Source: Chiloscyllium plagiosum (taxonomy: Eukaryota). From it: a DNA stretch of 64,000 nt. The stretch covers positions 17,469,308 through 17,533,307 of the forward strand of contig NC_057749.1 in the NCBI RefSeq assembly GCF_004010195.1, given 5' to 3'. This document shows, in pieces, positions 1-12,704 of this stretch (its first letter is position 1; every line of letters starts with the position of its first letter). The translations under genes and the position numbers were made by a program. The notes beneath the pieces were generated by a model that was not told the origin of the DNA, searched no databases, and worked only from the letters and a program-made list of their open reading frames with translations.

Positions 1-320
1 CTGTCCCCTTGACTTGTCCGGACTTGTCCGACCTGCCCAGCTCCTTTTCCACCTATCCACTCCACCCTCTCCTCCCTGACCTATCACCTTCATCTCCTTC
101 CCCACTGACCTATTGTACTCTATGCCACTCTCTCCCCCCCCCCACCCTCCTCTAGCTTATCTCTCCACGCTTCAGGCTCTCTGCCTTTATTCCTGATGAA
201 GGGCTTTTGCCCGAAATGTCAATTTTGCCTGTCCTCGGATGCTGCCTGAATTGCTGTGCTCTTCCAGCACCACTGATCCAGAATCTGGTTTCCAGCATCT
301 GCAGTCATTGTTTTTACCTC
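1..320 (+). mobile_element. Penelope-like element 3' end/pseudo-LTR with minimal hammerhead motif, in a MYO9A intron
   Basis: CTGATGA-A-GGGC-TTTT-GCCC-GAAATGTC at 193-220, followed by the same tail as the copies at 28267-28359 and 56712-56831. Confidence 0.75.
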
Positions 321-872
321 AGAAATAGACAGTCAGCCTCTCTACTTTAAGCCACAGAAGCTTCTTTATATTAATCAGATGGTGCTGATTCCTGAAGTGC
401 TTGTCATGAATAGCCATATGCAGTAAGCCAACCTTACTTTTTAAGGTCAGGAGAAACATTTCAGCCTGTTAACTTCCTCCTTGGCTTGGGTAACTAAGTA
501 CTTTTGAATGTAAAATTTCCTTGTTATAAAATTAGGCAGATGAGTGTAGCTTACTCCCACTGCCTTCGTGACATATATTGGTGCATAGTGTGTGTGTCGA
601 GTCCAAGCTATCATTGCACACTCCTGTGGAGACCAGCTTTCTGACTGCTGTTACACATTAAGAGTGGCCACATTGTTCACAAGGAAGCACATACTGATCC
701 AGTGAGGATCACTTGACCATTGATTCTGCAAGTTGAAAGGAAGGGTACTTCTAATTTCTTGGCATAAAGGGTTGCCTAGTATTGTCATTTTTAATGCATT
801 TATGTTTCAGTACATGTCTTCCAATATTTGGGTACTGCTGTATATTTTTTAAAAATCATCATTTTTATTTAG

Positions 873-1015
873 GGAGGAGCTGACTTTTGAAATGCTTGCT
901 CTGGAGCCACGAGCCTCTGATGATGAAACCCTTGAATCAGAAGCATCAATTGGAACAGCAGACAGCTTTGAAAATTTAAGCATGGATTCTGAGGGAGCAG
1001 TATCAGAATGTTCTG
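873..1015 (+). CDS. MYO9A: Myosin IXa, penultimate coding exon (EELTFEMLALEPRASDDETLESEASIGTADSFENLSMDSEGAVSECS)
   Basis: Acceptor ttttatttag at 871-872 and donor G|gtaat at 1016. The peptide matches the MYO9A tail as I recall it (ELTFEMLxLEPRASDDETLESEASIGTADS). Its phase-1 end joins in frame to the exon at 5114. Confidence 0.9.
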
Positions 1016-1104
1016 GTAATCGATGCCATTTGTACCTTTTTAAATCTTCCAGCCTGTTAACCTTTCATGCTTTAAAGAAACTCCTTTAATATTTTATTGC
1101 ACCA

Positions 1105-4100
1105 GGAAGGTGAAAGGGCTTTAAACAAAATTGGGGGTGGTCGGGCTGGGCCGAGCTCAGTTATGGAGGTAATTAGAAAACCTGAATTAGAAGAGGAGAT
1201 GAAAGTGCAGAACTCAGGAGAGGTTATTAGAAATTTCCATGACAGACTCGAATAGGACCGAGTGTATGGAAAGGGTTACTAATCAAATGAATGGTAATGA
1301 GACGAGGGATGGTTAATACAGGACTGAAGCTGTTATATCTGAATGCATGCCGTCTAAGGAGTAAGGTAAATAAGCTTGTGCCGCAGATTGAAATTGGCAG
1401 GGCATCATGGAGACGTGGCTGCAAGGAGATCAGGACTGGGAGCTGAATGTTAAAGGATATATATCCTATCTGAAAGATAGGCAGGTGGGCATAGGGGGTG
1501 CCTTATTAGTAAGAAATGAAATTAAATTAATAGTAAGAAATGAAGTAGGATCAGATGCTGTAGAATCTGTGTGGATAGAATTGAGGAAGCACAAACGTGA
1601 AAAAACCATAGTTGGAGTTGTGTACAAGCCTCCAAATAGTAGTCAGAAGAGGGGGCACAAGATGCATCAGGAGATAGAAAAGATGTGTAGGAAAGGCAAG
1701 ATTACAGTGACTTTGGGGGATTTTAATATGCAGGTGGACTAGGAAAATCATTTGGTAGTGGATTGCAAGAAAAATAATTTGTGGAATGTCTATGAAACAA
1801 ATTTTTGGAGCAGCGTGTGGTGTAACCCTTTGGGGAACAGGCAATACTGAATTTAGTGTTGTGTAATGAGGCAGACTTAATAAGGAAGCTTAAGGTGAAG
1901 GAACCCTTAGGAGGCAGTGACCATAACATCATTGAATTTACTCTGCCATTTTAGCGGGAGAAGGTGGAATCAGAGGTAATGGTATTACAGCTGATAAAGG
2001 CAACTACAGAGGAGCTGGGTAGAATTGACTGGGAGAGGAGCCTAACAGGAACAGCAATGGCAGGGGTTTCTGGGAGTAACTCCAGAGATAGCAGCGATTC
2101 ATCCCGAGGAAAAAGCAGCATGGTACTGGGAGGATGAGGCAACCACAGCTGACCAGGGAAGTCAGGGATAGCATAAAAGCAAAAGAGAAAGCATATAATG
2201 TGGCCAATGGGAAACCAGAGGATTGGAAAGCTTACAAAGACCAATCGAGGGCAACAAAAAAAAAGAGGGAGAAGATTAAATATGAAGGTAAGCTCGCCAG
2301 TAATATAAAAAGACTGTAAGACTTTCTTTAGATGTACAAAAGGGCAAAAGAGAGGCAAAGATAGACATTGGACTGCTAGAAAATGACACTGGAAAGATAG
2401 TAATAGGGAACAAGAAAATGGTTGTGTAACTGAATAATTACTTCACATCAGTCTTCATGGTGGAAGACATGAGTAATATACCAAACATTCAGGAGAGTGA
2501 AGGGGCAGAGCTGAGTATGGTGGCCATCAGCAAGGAGAAGCTGCTAGAAAACCTGAATGGCCTGTAGGTGGATAAATCACCTGGACCAGATGGACTACAT
2601 CCCAGAGTTTAAAGGGAGATAGCTAAGGAGATAATGGAAGCATTAGTGGTGATCTTTCAGGAATTGCTAAAATCAGGGACAGTCCCAGAGGACTGGAAAA
2701 TTGGTAATGTGACACCCCTGCTTCAAATGGGAGTAAGGTAAAGATGGAAAATTACAGACTGAGTAGCCTAACCTCAGTTGTGGGTAAGATCCTGAAATCC
2801 ATTGTGAAGGATGAGATTTCTGAATACTTGGAGGTGTATGGCAAAATAGGGCAAAGTCAGCTTGGTTTCAGTAAGGGGGGAGAATGTCTGACAAATCTGC
2901 TAGAATTCTTTGAGGAAGTAACGAGCAGGTTAGACCGAGGAGAGCCAATGGATGTGGTCTGCCTGGACTTCAAGAGGGCCTTTGATAAGGTGCCACATAG
3001 GAGGCTACCGAGTAAGGTCAAGGGCCCATGGGGTTAGAGGCAAGTTGCTAGCATGGATAGAAGCTTGGCTGTCTGGCAGAAAGCAGAGAATGAGGATAAA
3101 AGGGTCTTTTTCAGGATGGCAGCCGGTGACAGGTGGTGTTCCGCAAGACTCAGTGTTGGGATGACAATTTTTCAGATTATAGATTAACGATCTGGATGAA
3201 GAAATTGAGGGCATTCTAGCCAGGTTTGCAGATGAAATCAAGATAGGTAGAGGGACAGATAGCATTGAGGAGGCAGGAAGGCTGCAGAAGGATTTGGACG
3301 GGTTAGGAGAGTGGGCACAGAAGTTGCAGATGGAGTACAACATGGTAAAGCATGAGGTCATGTTCTTTGGTCAGAAGAATAGAAGCATGGACTATGTTCT
3401 CAATGGGGAGAAAATTCAGAAGTCTGAAGTGCAAAGAGACTTGGGAGTGCTAATCCAGGATTCTGTCAAAGTAAACCTGCAGGTTGAATCAGTAGTGAGG
3501 AAGGCAAATGCAATGTTGGCATTTATTTTGCAAGGACTTGAATATAAAAGCAGAGGTGTATTTCTGAGGCTCTCTAATCTCTGGTCAGACCACATTTAGA
3601 GTATTGTGCACAGTTTTGGACCCCATAATCTCATGAAGGATGTACTGGCCCTGGAGTGTGTTCAGAAAAGGTTCACGAGAATGGTCCCAGGTTTGAAAAG
3701 CTTAACAAATGAGGAACATTTCAAGACTCTGGGTTTATACTCGATGGAGTTTAGAAGGTTTGGCTGGGGGCAGGGGGAGCGCGGGGGATCTAATTAAACA
3801 TACAGAATACTGAATGGCCTGGGCAGAGTGGATGTTGGGAAGATGATTCCATTGGTAGGAGAGACTCGGACTCAAGGACACAGTCTTAGAGTAAATGGGA
3901 GACCTTTTAGAATGGAAATAAGGAGAAATTTCTTCAGCCAGAGAGTGGGGAATTAAGTGCCATAGAAGGCTGTGGAGGCCCGATCATGGAGTATATTTAG
4001 GACTGAGATAGGTTCTTGAGGGTCAAGGGTCATGGGGGAAAAGCAGGAGAATGGGGATGAAAATCATATCAGCCACGATCGAATGGCAGAGCAGACTCTA

Positions 4101-4143
4101 TGGGCTGAATGGCCTAACTTCTGCTCCTATGTCTTATGGTCTT
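1105..4143 (+). mobile_element. CR1 LINE, near-complete degenerate ORF2 (APE endonuclease + RT) in the last MYO9A intron
   Basis: ETWLQGDQDWELN, GVVYKPPNS, LGDFN, NYRxxSLTSVVGK, CLTNLLEFFEEVT, LDFKRAFDKVPH and GVPQxSVLG, with stops and frameshifts. CR1-type tail cctatgtcttatggtctt. Confidence 0.93.
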
Positions 4144-5113
4144 GTAACATTTCACTTAAATTGTATTTAAACTTTGGATATTTCTTTATTACAGTAAGCC
4201 ACATGTTGAGATGAACATGGATGGAGAGTAAACTGGATAGATTGAGGCTGGAGAGTGCTGGTGACATTTTGTAGATAGATTATAGACCACAGAGATAGCA
4301 GGATAGGTTTGGTCAATGTCAGAGTGGGGCTGAGTTCAGTCAGGACCAGAGGAAGGGTAAAGCAGTGATTGTGGATAGATTAATTGATAGATTCAGTAGT
4401 ATGGAGGGGCAGTTTAATCATGATGGCTTTGTGCTTGGCCAGTAATAAAGAATGGGAAGCCAGTTAGCTTGAGGGCCAATGAAAGAAAGGCATCACAGCT
4501 TCTGGACTTAGCCATTCTGCTTCCTTTTGCATCTCCTGTTTCCTGACCAACAAATTTTCAATAGAAAACTCACGTAAAGCTTAATGTATACAGTTTCAAT
4601 AAAATATTTATATTAGTGAAGTGATTCTAGGAAACAAGTTGGTTACCCACCTCAACCAAACTCTCTTAAAACCATTGGAGGGAGTTTAGGGCTGTGACTT
4701 CTAGTCTTGGCCATTTTAACTAAATGGCCCTTAGCTCCAACCCTGCTGAAATGGTTTTTAAAAATCTTTCCAGCTCAGATAGCTTAAGTTTCTTTTCAGT
4801 TCTGCTAACTTGAAAACTTTAGTATGAACAGTCAGCTTGGAGACTTCACAAATTAATCTGCCTTAATGCACTGGTGAAACTGCTCCCCTGACTGAAAGCT
4901 TGATATTTCTGCTGGGATGAAACTGAAGCCAAAGTTGTTCTCTCTACTGTAAAATTCAAATTTCATTCTGCTAGTATGTATAACACTAATTCTTTAGCAA
5001 CTATAATACTAACTTTGTATTACAGTTTACTGATAACAATGAGCCTAACAAATAATCAAAATAGTATTTGTAATGAGATCTGCCATCTCATTTTTGTTTT
5101 ATTTTGTGAACAG

Positions 5114-5601
5114 AAAAAAAATTAGTGAGCTCCATCACCCCACACCGACCTGAAGCAGTGAACAGGCTGAGGAGGCCGCTAAGGAAGAAAGCAGATTCTT
5201 TGGAATCGGTTGATTTAGCAGTTCATTCATCACCTACCATGTCGTCGTCGTCATCTTGTTTACCTCAAGGAGGAAGACGATTCCGTTTTCGTTCAAAATC
5301 ACCATCCCCACACACTTTATACCACACCCACAATATTGCCAACAGCCCTGAGCAAAGAGCAGATGGAGATGGGGCATACAGCCAGTTGAAAGTTCAAGAA
5401 GAGAGGCCACAGTTTACAAGTAGAGGCACCTTTAATCCAGAAAAGGGCAAACAAAAACTAAAGATGCTGAAGCGCTCAGCCCAGAAACCCAAAGATCCAA
5501 CTGATGGGACCTTGAGCATAGGGAAAAAGCGTAGTGCTGAACCTGACTTCAGTGCTCACCAGCAGGTGGTGGTATTTGGGAACAATGAGTTCATGGTGTG
5601 A
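5114..5601 (+). CDS. MYO9A: Myosin IXa, last coding exon ending ...QQVVVFGNNEFMV*
   Basis: Acceptor after a T-rich tract (aacag, AG 5112-5113), in frame with ORF 5125-5601. Contains PQFTSRGTFNPEKGKQKLK and the C-terminal FGNNEFMV typical of MYO9A. Adjacent to NR2E3, as in other vertebrates. Confidence 0.92.
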
Positions 5602-8600
5602 GGCCAATGATTTTCCAAGGTTTCTGAACTAATTGGGTAGTGGTCTTCCTTCCGTCCCTACACATCATGTTCCTCTTGGTTGCTGCTATCTAAGTACACC
5701 ACATGCAATACGTCCAGTTCACATAGATGGCATCACTGCCTCAAGGAATAACAAAGGGAAGTGATTTCTATTGATTTTTAAAAAACCTATCGGAAGGTTT
5801 GTACTGTGGCCTTAACCATTTAACAATTGAAAAATCTCTGCACGACCTGCTGGTATGCCAAGAAATATCTGAGTTGTATTTCAACAGTTGTTGGTCGCTG
5901 TTCTCAAGAGTAAAGAAGAGCATCTGCACTCCAAAGGGTTATGAGAGTGAGGCCATATTTGAAGAAGCACTTGCTTTCAAGAAATCAATCTTCCAGAAAA
6001 GAAGGGACTGCTGAGTCTACTCGTTCCAAAAGACTTGAGGAAATAAGTGGATCTTAAGTTTTATCCCATTGCCACACTCCATTGATGCTTGTAGATAAAG
6101 ATCAAGTGAGCTTATTTGAGAAATCGCAGAAAGGCTAGATGCTTACAATCAGACTCAACAGCACTTCTCACTACCTTAGAGGCACTGCTGTCAGACCAAG
6201 GATTTTTAAATATTTTAGGAACAGCCAGTGGCCACTGGGAAATCTAAGCCAAAATGTCTTTGTACAAAAATGCATTAACCATGCATACTATGTCTGACAT
6301 TTTACAGGGTTTCAGGAACCACTTTACCAATTAAGTTAATGCTGCTCCTACCTGGGTGTGTAAATTTAGAAAGTCTGGCAAAAGGGGACCAACCCAACTA
6401 AACAGCTTGCAAAACCAACATCTGTCCATGCAGCAACGGGCATGAGCAAAAGTACAGTTACATTACACCTTGTCAACTGTGATGCATGATAGTATAGCTA
6501 AGCCAAACCCATGCTTGGTCCTTATAAATTTAGCCCAGAAGAAAATCTTTTATTGAATTGTCAGTATTAAAAGCAAAGATGACTTGAAGAATTTTTAGTC
6601 TGGTTTCTAAAGCTCACTGTTAAATGTTTTGTTTTTAAGGTTTATATTTTATTTGATTTTTCTTCTCTAAAAATGTTACTTCCATGATGTAAGATTGTAG
6701 CTTCCTGTCCAAAGGGGATATATGTGGAGTAGGTTAGGAACAAAACTGAATGTAACAATCACTGGAACGGGCATGCTGGACTTCTCGTAATCTATAGTAT
6801 GCACATGACTGTATATTTCAAGGAATCTATTTGTAAAGGATATATTATCCTGTGTCATACTCTATAATAAGTACTGATATAAACTGTTCAGCAAACACAG
6901 CCCAAATTGAGGTTTCTGTACAGTTTCAACTCTGTATTTTGACGTTAGCCATTGGAGTGGCCAACTTATGTATAAAATGCAATTTGTGTGTACTATTTCT
7001 TAAGTGTATCTGTATGATTGTACAAACAAGTTTATGAACAAATACCCTCACAGCTTATTAAATAACAAGAGCTGTAAAACTCACTGCTTGACTTTCTTCT
7101 TGTGCACCGAAGAGGAACCTGAAAGTGCTATTGGCAAAACCTGTGTGTCAAGTAATAGTGAATGCATTGTCACATTTTTTAAAAAAAGCCTTCATGCTAT
7201 GAACATGAAGACAGGTCAACAATGCTTGACTTCATGTGCTTTCTGTGTGCATATGTTTGTGTACGTTTTAATTTTTCCTTATCCCAAATCTACTTCTGAT
7301 GGAAATGCTAGCCCAGCTAACTCATTCTACTACCAGCCAAAACCACCTGATTCAATCAGAAACAGTTAGTAGTTACATTTTCAACTTTGCATGCTTCAGG
7401 CTTTCTCTCTGCTGTCATCTAATTGCTTTACTGCAGCTAGGAAGTTGGAGTTTCTTTTTGTTGATCTTGCTTAGTCAGCTGACGGGCTTTGTGAGGTAGG
7501 AGCACTTTGAAGTCCCCCTCCTTTATTAATTTCTCTCTACTAAGGAGTGATTTGGCCACGGGAAATTGTTTTTTTTTTCAAGAGTACTGTAATAGAAATA
7601 TTCATTGATACTGACTAACCTGCAGAGAGATCTGTAGGGGACCAGTGTTCATACAGGATAACTGCAGCAGGAGAGCAATAACAGTTGGAGATGGGGAATA
7701 CATTCCCATTTTGATGAGCAGAAGCACTTCTGCCAGCTACTGGAAACTTTAGCTTACCAAATTGAGCTAGATCATTCTGCAGTTCTTGTTAGCTGTGATT
7801 TTTCTGTGCCTCCACCACTCCACACCCCAGCATCCCAAGAGAAAACTAATCTGGAACTACCATGATCTGTTTAATATGTCTATATTTATTTATAAACTAC
7901 TGGATTATTTGGGTTGGAGCATTGTCAATGCTCCTTCAGTAAGTTATTTCTTAATCCCATCATGTATCTTTTCTCAGTTGTATGGAGTTCCTAGATTCGT
8001 GGAATTTCAAGGAATTGCTCAGATATGTGACAATTGGCACTGCTAATACTTGATATGATCGGTCACAGATTCTTCTGATTTCTAGTTTTTCTCCTCCAAT
8101 TTCTGTCCTGTAGGTGGCAGTGCACACTGAGATATGGGTGCACAGGCACTGGATGCCACTAGTATGCTACCCAAGGGACCACTTTTCATTTGTAAACAAA
8201 GAAAATGGTTGTAAGACAGCTGCACTTGATGCTCCCCTGCCTAATATCCAACATTCATGCACTTTCTTGCAAAAATGTCAGAATATAGATCAGGGATCCA
8301 TGGACCTCTAGCTTCACTTCTCTGGCTGAAGGTTGCACTCCAAATACTATGCCCCAGTGGTTAGATCTGTTGATGTGTGGAGACCAGCACTTGTGCGCGC
8401 ACACAATGTTTTGGCTTGATATTTGTTTGAAAACTAAGTGCAAAATAACATTTTTTGGGAAAATGTGGGTTGGACAGTGTTAAGTAACAGTGGAGAACAT
8501 GAGGCAGTTGTAAGACTCTGAGGTCCCAGTGGGATAACATTGCAAATCACAGGAGTGCAAGAGCTTTGCTTGAGCCTTGAATTGTCTCCAGTTTGTACTT

Positions 8601-8830
8601 GATGTGATAAGAGCACCAAGCTGAGAAAGTTTCTTCACTTTCTGTATCCGCTATATTGAAAGATGTCAATGAAAGTGCAATGTAAGTAAGTGCATTATGT
8701 TGGCATCCAGGAGCTGGTATAAAGGGATTACAGGGTTGGTGTTGGGAATACATTGCTGAATTACTGTGTATCTTGTATGCTAATTTAATAATTTGCCATG
8801 ACCTAATAAAGTACCTTTCTGTCTTTTTAT
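5602..8830 (+). other. MYO9A: Probable MYO9A 3' UTR with poly(A) signals ATTAAA 7057-7062 and AATAAA 8805-8810
   Basis: About 3.2 kb with no repeat I could recognise after the stop. AATAAA has upstream TGTA motifs and a downstream U/GU-rich tract. A CR1 begins just after it. Confidence 0.55.
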
Positions 8831-9049
8831 GGAATTGTATCCAATGATTTTGCCTTAAGTAACTGAGAGAGATGTTATAGCTTTGTACACTTTAATTAAC
8901 ATGTTTGAAGGTTTCTTGACTTTAAATTGTCTCATCGGGCAGACGAAGTATGGGTTCATGAAAGGCAGGTCATGTTTAACTAATTTACTGGAATTCTTTG
9001 AGTACATTACAAGAGCGGTATACAATGGGGAACTGGTGGGTGTGGTGTG

Positions 9050-9231
9050 CAAGTATCCCCTGATACGAAACCTTTCGTAAGCTGAAATGGTGTAAAGGGA
9101 AGAAGCATTAACTTGTATGGGAAAAACTTCGCCGTTTTTCGTAAAAGCGAAAATCCTCTTTGGATTCGCAAAAACAGGTACTAATGTAGGTCTATCGTAC
9201 AAGTGAAGTGGCGAAAAACGGGAGATACCTG
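9050..9231. mobile_element. Tc1/mariner (Tigger/pogo-like) MITE inserted at a TA of the CR1
   Basis: Imperfect TIRs CAAGTATCCCC...GGGAGATACCTG. Removing it restores the CR1 RT reading gtggtg-ta-tttggat (VVYLD). The right flank is TA and the left is TG (mutated TSD). Confidence 0.75.
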
Positions 9232-9812
9232 TATTTGGATTTCCAGAAGGTATTCAACAAGGTGTTACACAAAAGGCTGGTGCATGGCATTCCAGGTAAT
9301 GTATTAGCATGGATAGAGGATTGGTTAACTAACAGAAAGCAATGAGTGGGCGTAAATGGATGTTTTTCTGTTTGGCAATCAGTGGCTAGTGGTGTGCCTC
9401 AGGTATCAGTTTCGGGACTGCAATTGTTTACAATTTATAGAGATGATTTAGGTTGGGGGCCAAGTGTAGTGTGTCAAAGTTCACAGATGACTGTAAGATG
9501 AGTGGTGGAGCAAATTGTGCAGTGGACACAAAGTCTGCAGAGAGATAGTTTGATTGAGTGGGCAAGGGTATGGCAGATGGAGTACAATATTGGTAAATGT
9601 GAGGTGAAACATTCTGGTAGGAGTAACAGCAAAATGAACTTTTATTTAAATGGATAAAAATTGCAGCATTCTGCTGTGCAGAGGCACCAGGGGTCCTTGT
9701 GCATGAATCACAAGTTGGTTTGCAAGTGCAGCAGGTAATTAAGAAGAGAAATGGAATATTGTCCTTCATTGCTAGAGGGATGGAGTTTAAAAACAGGGAG
9801 GTTATGGTGCAG

Positions 9813-10040
9813 ACACAAAAATAGAAATTGCTGGAAAAGCTCAGCAGGTTTGGCAGCAACTGTGAAAAGAAATCAGAGTTAATGTTTTGGGTTGAGTGAC
9901 CCTTCAGAACTGTTCAGAGGAAGGGTCACTCAACCCAAAATATTAACTCTGATTTGTCTCCACAGATGCTGTCAGAGCTGCTGAGCTTTTCCAACAATTG
10001 CTATTTTTGTCTCTGAATTAGAGCATCTGCAGTTCTTTCA
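9813..10040. mobile_element. Palindromic Penelope-derived insertion with 15-bp TSD
   Basis: Inverted arms around ~9905-9915. TSD gaggttatg(g/c)tgcag at 9798-9812 and 10041-10055. Degenerate hammerhead core. Confidence 0.8.
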
Positions 10041-11589
10041 GAGGTTATGCTGCAGCTGTGCAGGATGCTGGTGAGGCCACACCTGGAGTACTGTGTGCAG
10101 TTTTGGTCTCTTTACCTGGGAAAGGATGTGCTGGCACTGAGGAGGTTCACTTGGTTGATTCTGGAGTTTAGGGGGTTGGCTTATGAGGAGTAGGTTGAGG
10201 ACTATGATGATAAGAATTTAGAAGCATGGGATAGGTCTTATAGAAACATATAAAATTATGAAGGGAATCGATGAGCTAGAAGCAAGGGGGTTGTTTCCAC
10301 GGCTGGTGAAACTAGAACCAGGGAGGGGGAAGGTCATAGCTCAAAATAAGGGGCAGCAGGTTTAGGACTGAGCTGAGGAGGAACTTCTTCTTTCGCTTAA
10401 GAGTTGGGAATCTGGAATTCCCTGCCCAGTGAAGCAGTTGAGGCCACCTCGTTGAATGTTTTTACGGCAGAGATTTTTGAGCAGTAAGGAATTCAGGTTA
10501 TGATGAGAGGGTGAATAAGTGGAGCTGAATTCACAAAAACTCAGCCATGATCGTATTGAATTGCAGAGCAGGCTTGGTGGGCCAGATGGCCTATTCCTGT
10601 TCCTAGTTCTTATGTTAAATAATCTCTCCGTTTTACTCACCAGAAGATTGTTTCATTAAATTTGGTTAATTCATAGTACTTCGCACAACAAACTTTGTTC
10701 TTGGAAGTTTGACTTTAGGCAATGGGTTTGCAGGTTGTTTTGACTTTGTGTCAAAGCTGATCCATAATCCAATAGAATAATAAAACGTGGCAAAATATAA
10801 ATGCTGCCATGTATTTAAAAAGAAATAATTCTCCCCATTTATCTCCTGTTTTTCCTGATTGACTTATGTCTGATCTTTGTGATGACTGACCCTTGTGGTG
10901 AAAATTGTTTCTTTGCTCAGTCAAAACTCTTCATGATTTTGCACACCTTTTTAATATCCCCTTCACGCATTAAGTAACACACTTGACCTTTCATTTGACA
11001 TATACTCAAGATTGCCAGTGAAAGCAGAAATGGTCAGAGTTTCCAAAATCTCTGAATGGCCTAGGGCATTGAAGCTAAGTGGCACATTGGTCACTGCTGT
11101 TCTCACTAAGTTGGCAAGCATTTCATATAAGATGAAGAAATTATATGGTTATGATTCAAAAGACTAAAAGAGAGGAATGAGTGGTTCAAATTCATTACAG
11201 CATACAAATTAGGAGCAAGAGTAGCCATTTGGCTGTCTGCCACTTAATAAGATCATGACTGATGTGACTGTATCTTTAAGTCTACTTTTCTATTGCTGAT
11301 ATACTCTCTGACTCCCTTATTAGTCAAATAGCGCTTTCTGGCAAAACGTGCATTTTCTTCATTGAAGGCTGATTGTAGATTGAATTCATTGGGAGGTAGC
11401 AAGGCTGACTGCAGCTGATTGACTCAATTCCCCGAAGTCCACTTCAAGCAGGTTATTTAGCTCAATTTACAGTATGTCTGAAGAGCTTGACAACCTGCCA
11501 AAAACTGAACAATAAAATGGTTCTATGTTTAATACCTTGTTTACACAGAAAAAGATCAGAAGTTTTCAGCTGTAAACAGTGCTAACTCT

Positions 11590-11945
11590 AGCTTGATACC
11601 CGACATGTTAGTACTGAAAGAGTGCTGTATAGTCGCAGTTACAATTGTTTAGATACAACTTTAAATGGAGGCATTCACCTCTCCCTTGCAAGGTGGATGC
11701 AAAAGATCGTATGGCACTATATCACAATCTCACCTGTGTTTGGCTCAATATATATCCTTTGACCAGCATCACTTAAAAACATTATCTGGTCGGTATTACA
11801 TTGCTATTTGTGAGTTCTTGTATGCGGTTTCCTGTATTTTCTACATTACACTTCACTTGTAGTCTCTCTTGTACTTCATTGCTCCCCCAAAGCAATTTGG
11901 GGAGACATGAAATTCAAGAAAGATGCTCTCTAAATACAACTCTCA
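11590..11945 (+). mobile_element. Deu-domain SINE (SacSINE1/AmnSINE1-like), degenerate
   Basis: ggatgcaaaagatcgtatggcacta...aatatatatcc...catcacttaaaaacattatctggtc...attgctatttgtgag resembles the Deu domain as I recall it. Related copies at 40265 and 55960. Confidence 0.6.
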
Positions 11946-12484
11946 ACAAAATATATGACCAGTCAGTGCATGCTAGACTGCATTTAAGTCAGAGTTATAC
12001 TGTTAACCCTCACAAATTTCTGCTTTGTACTAAATTCTGCTTCCTGTCAGATGCCCCCATTATGACCTATACTTGTATGCATGTCAGAATATTATGTTTA
12101 ATCTCAATTCAGAGGAGTAGGAGTAGGTCATTCAGCCCCTCAGATGTATTCTGCCATCCAGTGAGTAGTGGCTGATCTGTGCACAACCGGGATCCATCCC
12201 TCCATCTTTATGGCCACATATTTGTCTGACACCATCCTTTCACTTCACTATTGACAGAAGGGAGATAGATGTTTGTCCCACTGTCCAGAACTCCCTGAAC
12301 CTTCATCTTGTCACACTCTTCACCTCAATTATCCCTCTCTTCCCCCTTCTTCCATCATATGTTAGCATTGCTTTCCATTTTGAAAATTACATTGAAGATG
12401 CAAGTTTTCAAATCAGTCAAATTTGATGTGATGAAAGTGTTAAAAACCACATAATTCTGGAGAAACTGCATTTCACTGCAGCGT

Positions 12485-12702
12485 AGGTTTATAAAATCAT
12501 GAGAGACATAGAGAGGGTGAATAGCCAAGGTATTTCTCCAGGGTAGAGGAGTTCAAAACTAGGGGGCATATTTTTAAGGTGAGAGGAGAAAGATTTACAA
12601 GGGACATGGGGGACAACTTTTTCTCGCGTAGTGGTTTGTATGTGGGAATTAACTGCCGGGGGAGTGGTATATGCAGATAGTTACAACATTTAATAGACAT
12701 TT
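12485..12702 (+). mobile_element. CR1 LINE 3' fragment
   Basis: gtttataaaatcatgagagacatagagagggtgaat...aactagggggcata...aaggtgagaggagaaagattt, shared with other CR1 3' ends in the window. Confidence 0.8.
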
Positions 12703-12704
12703 GG

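Larger units (their letters stand above)
8935..10615 (+). mobile_element. CR1 LINE 3' fragment (RT), carrying two nested insertions
   Basis: GFMKGRSCLTNLLEFFE, DFQKxFNKV, GVPQVSV and the CR1 3' UTR tail. Confidence 0.9.
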
